NCBI RefSeq assembly: GCF_009914755.1 | Contig: NC_060928.1 | Source of the DNA: the human T2T-CHM13v2.0 reference genome, Homo sapiens | Strand: one strand, 5' to 3' | DNA: 64,000 bases | Part shown: positions 62,299-64,000 of the stretch, one piece after another | How positions within the stretch are numbered: the stretch's first letter is position 1 | Layout: each line of letters opens with the position of its first letter | Position numbers and translations under genes: made by a program | Notes under the pieces: model-generated | The model's input: only the letters and a program-made list of their open reading frames with translations | Told to the model about the DNA's origin: nothing | The model's database searches: none

Positions 62299-62715
62299 TA
62301 TGTAACTAAGTTATAGTCTTTAGCTGATTTCGATATTTCTGAAAAAATAAAAGTTCATATTATCTTACAGGTCCTTGTTAACGTTGCTACCTTCCTCTTC
62401 CAGCTTAGTAGAATCTGACATGGTTCCTTCTTGAAAGTCACTTGAGAAATCTCACTTGTTCAGGGGCTCTTATATGGTAGTATAATCAATTGGCTTTCTG
62501 TTATTGTCATTTTGATAGTAAAAGCATTAATTATTTCATGACTGAAGCCATGTTACTATATTAAGAACATTGTTATATATATGGCAATGATTAAACAAAT
62601 AATTATGGAATGGTTTAAAAATGTGTGTGAAAATAAGACTGCACCAGGGTCCATCCATTTGCATTTCTTTACAAGAAGACCCTATTTTCTTTTTTGTTGT
62701 TGTTTTTTTAGGTAA

Positions 62716-62840
62716 TTTTTTTAGTGACAGGGTTTCACTGTCGCCCAGGCTGAAGTGCAGCAGTGACTGCAGTGTAGGTTGAACACAACAGCCTCAACCT
62801 CCTGGGCTCCAGGGATTCTCCCACCTCAGCCTTCTGAGCA
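62716..62840 (-). mobile_element. AluJ/FRAM right-arm fragment
   Basis: GACAGGGTTTCACTGTCGCCCAGGCTG...CAGCCTCAACCTCCTGGGCTC. Confidence 0.8.
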
Positions 62841-63487
62841 GTCACCCCATTTTCTGACTGCCATCTTCTTTGACTACTGCCATGCTAAGGAAGTAACCCC
62901 TCTCCTCAGAGAACAATCGTTTTGTCCCAGCTCTACCACCCTGAGTTCAAGCCTCCTTTACCTCTAGATGTAATTTTGATGTGTGATGGGAGAATAGGGC
63001 AGGTAAACTTACTCGTTTAGACCAAAAACATCTTCAAACGTCTATTTATAAGTTTAGTTTTGAGTTTCCCTTTCTCCCACTGGACAGCCTATCAGAACCC
63101 AACAATTCAACAATAATGCATTTTCTGGAGTACAGATTATTCAATGTTGCATAACATTCTTTATGAGGATGTCACACAGTAGGTCAGGGAACCTAAATTT
63201 CTTATCTGGAAACTTTAAGTTTCTACCTCAGCATAAGGTAAAGACATGTCCCCCACCTTTCAGTCAATACTCAAAAACTGATATTCCTGATCTCACAGCA
63301 GCAAATGTCTGGGAAACAGGATACACACAGATATACACTTATCTTATGAGAACAAGCACATTTTTTTAGAATCATTAGATTTACAATTTTTACTGTGTAT
63401 TTAAGAATATTTTAATTTCTTAATGTCGTAAAGCAAGTGATCCCATTTTTGCTTTAACTTTGCATAACCAAAGGGCCCAATATAATT

Positions 63488-63893
63488 TTATACACACACA
63501 CATACACATATGTATACATATGTAAAATATATATGTATATATGTATATGCATATACATATACATATATACATATATACATACATATATGTATATAATATA
63601 TACATGTACATATGTGCATTTGTATATAATACATACATATATGCATATCTACATATACATATATAATATATACACACATATACACATGTGTATGCATTTT
63701 ACATATGAATATATGTATATACATGCATATACATTCATATACGTATATGTATTTATATATACATACATATATGCATACATATAAACATGCATATATATAC
63801 ACAAATAAAAAAATATAAATAAAATAGCTATAAAATACACATATAATACATATTACATGTATTCTTTTACATATATATAATTCTATATATATA
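63488..63893. repeat. Long (TA)/(CA)/(TG) compound microsatellite
   Basis: About 400 bp of mostly alternating purine-pyrimidine sequence. Confidence 0.93.
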
Positions 63894-64000
63894 AAAGTTT
63901 CCTCTCAAAGAAGAATTTAAGTCTGCCCTAAGGAAAAGCTGGGTGGTATGGGAAGGGAGGGAGAAATGAAACTTTTCTCAACATTTCTCTGATTTCTGTC

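Noticed and set aside
63420-63840. Tyr/Ile/Cys/Met-rich ORFs (also at 27428, 28963, 55848)
   Set aside because: Translations of TA/CA microsatellites that happen to lack stops.

Overview
AT-rich, repeat-dense primate genomic DNA (most likely human or another ape: AluJ/S/Y, L1PA, THE1 and MST elements are present). I recognise no protein-coding gene, RNA gene or CpG island. The supplied ORFs are decayed L1 ORF2 pieces, Alu read-throughs, microsatellite translations or chance ORFs. Nearly all L1 and LTR copies lie on the minus strand, which suggests an intron of a long plus-strand gene, but I cannot name it. I found no evidence for a new biological system. The most notable local structures are: a ~234-bp AT-rich palindrome with a perfect 69-bp stem joined to a templated 47-bp insertion (10.8-11.1 kb); a perfect 92-bp spacerless palindrome (56 kb); an inverted pair of perfect TCAAGGTCA nuclear-receptor sites (1.17 kb); two further short dispersed duplications; two LTRs inserted at the same target site inside a third LTR (34-35.4 kb); a 5'-inverted L1; and several unverified candidate exons on both strands. 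Repeat subfamilies and old-repeat boundaries were called by eye from remembered consensus sequences and are approximate.
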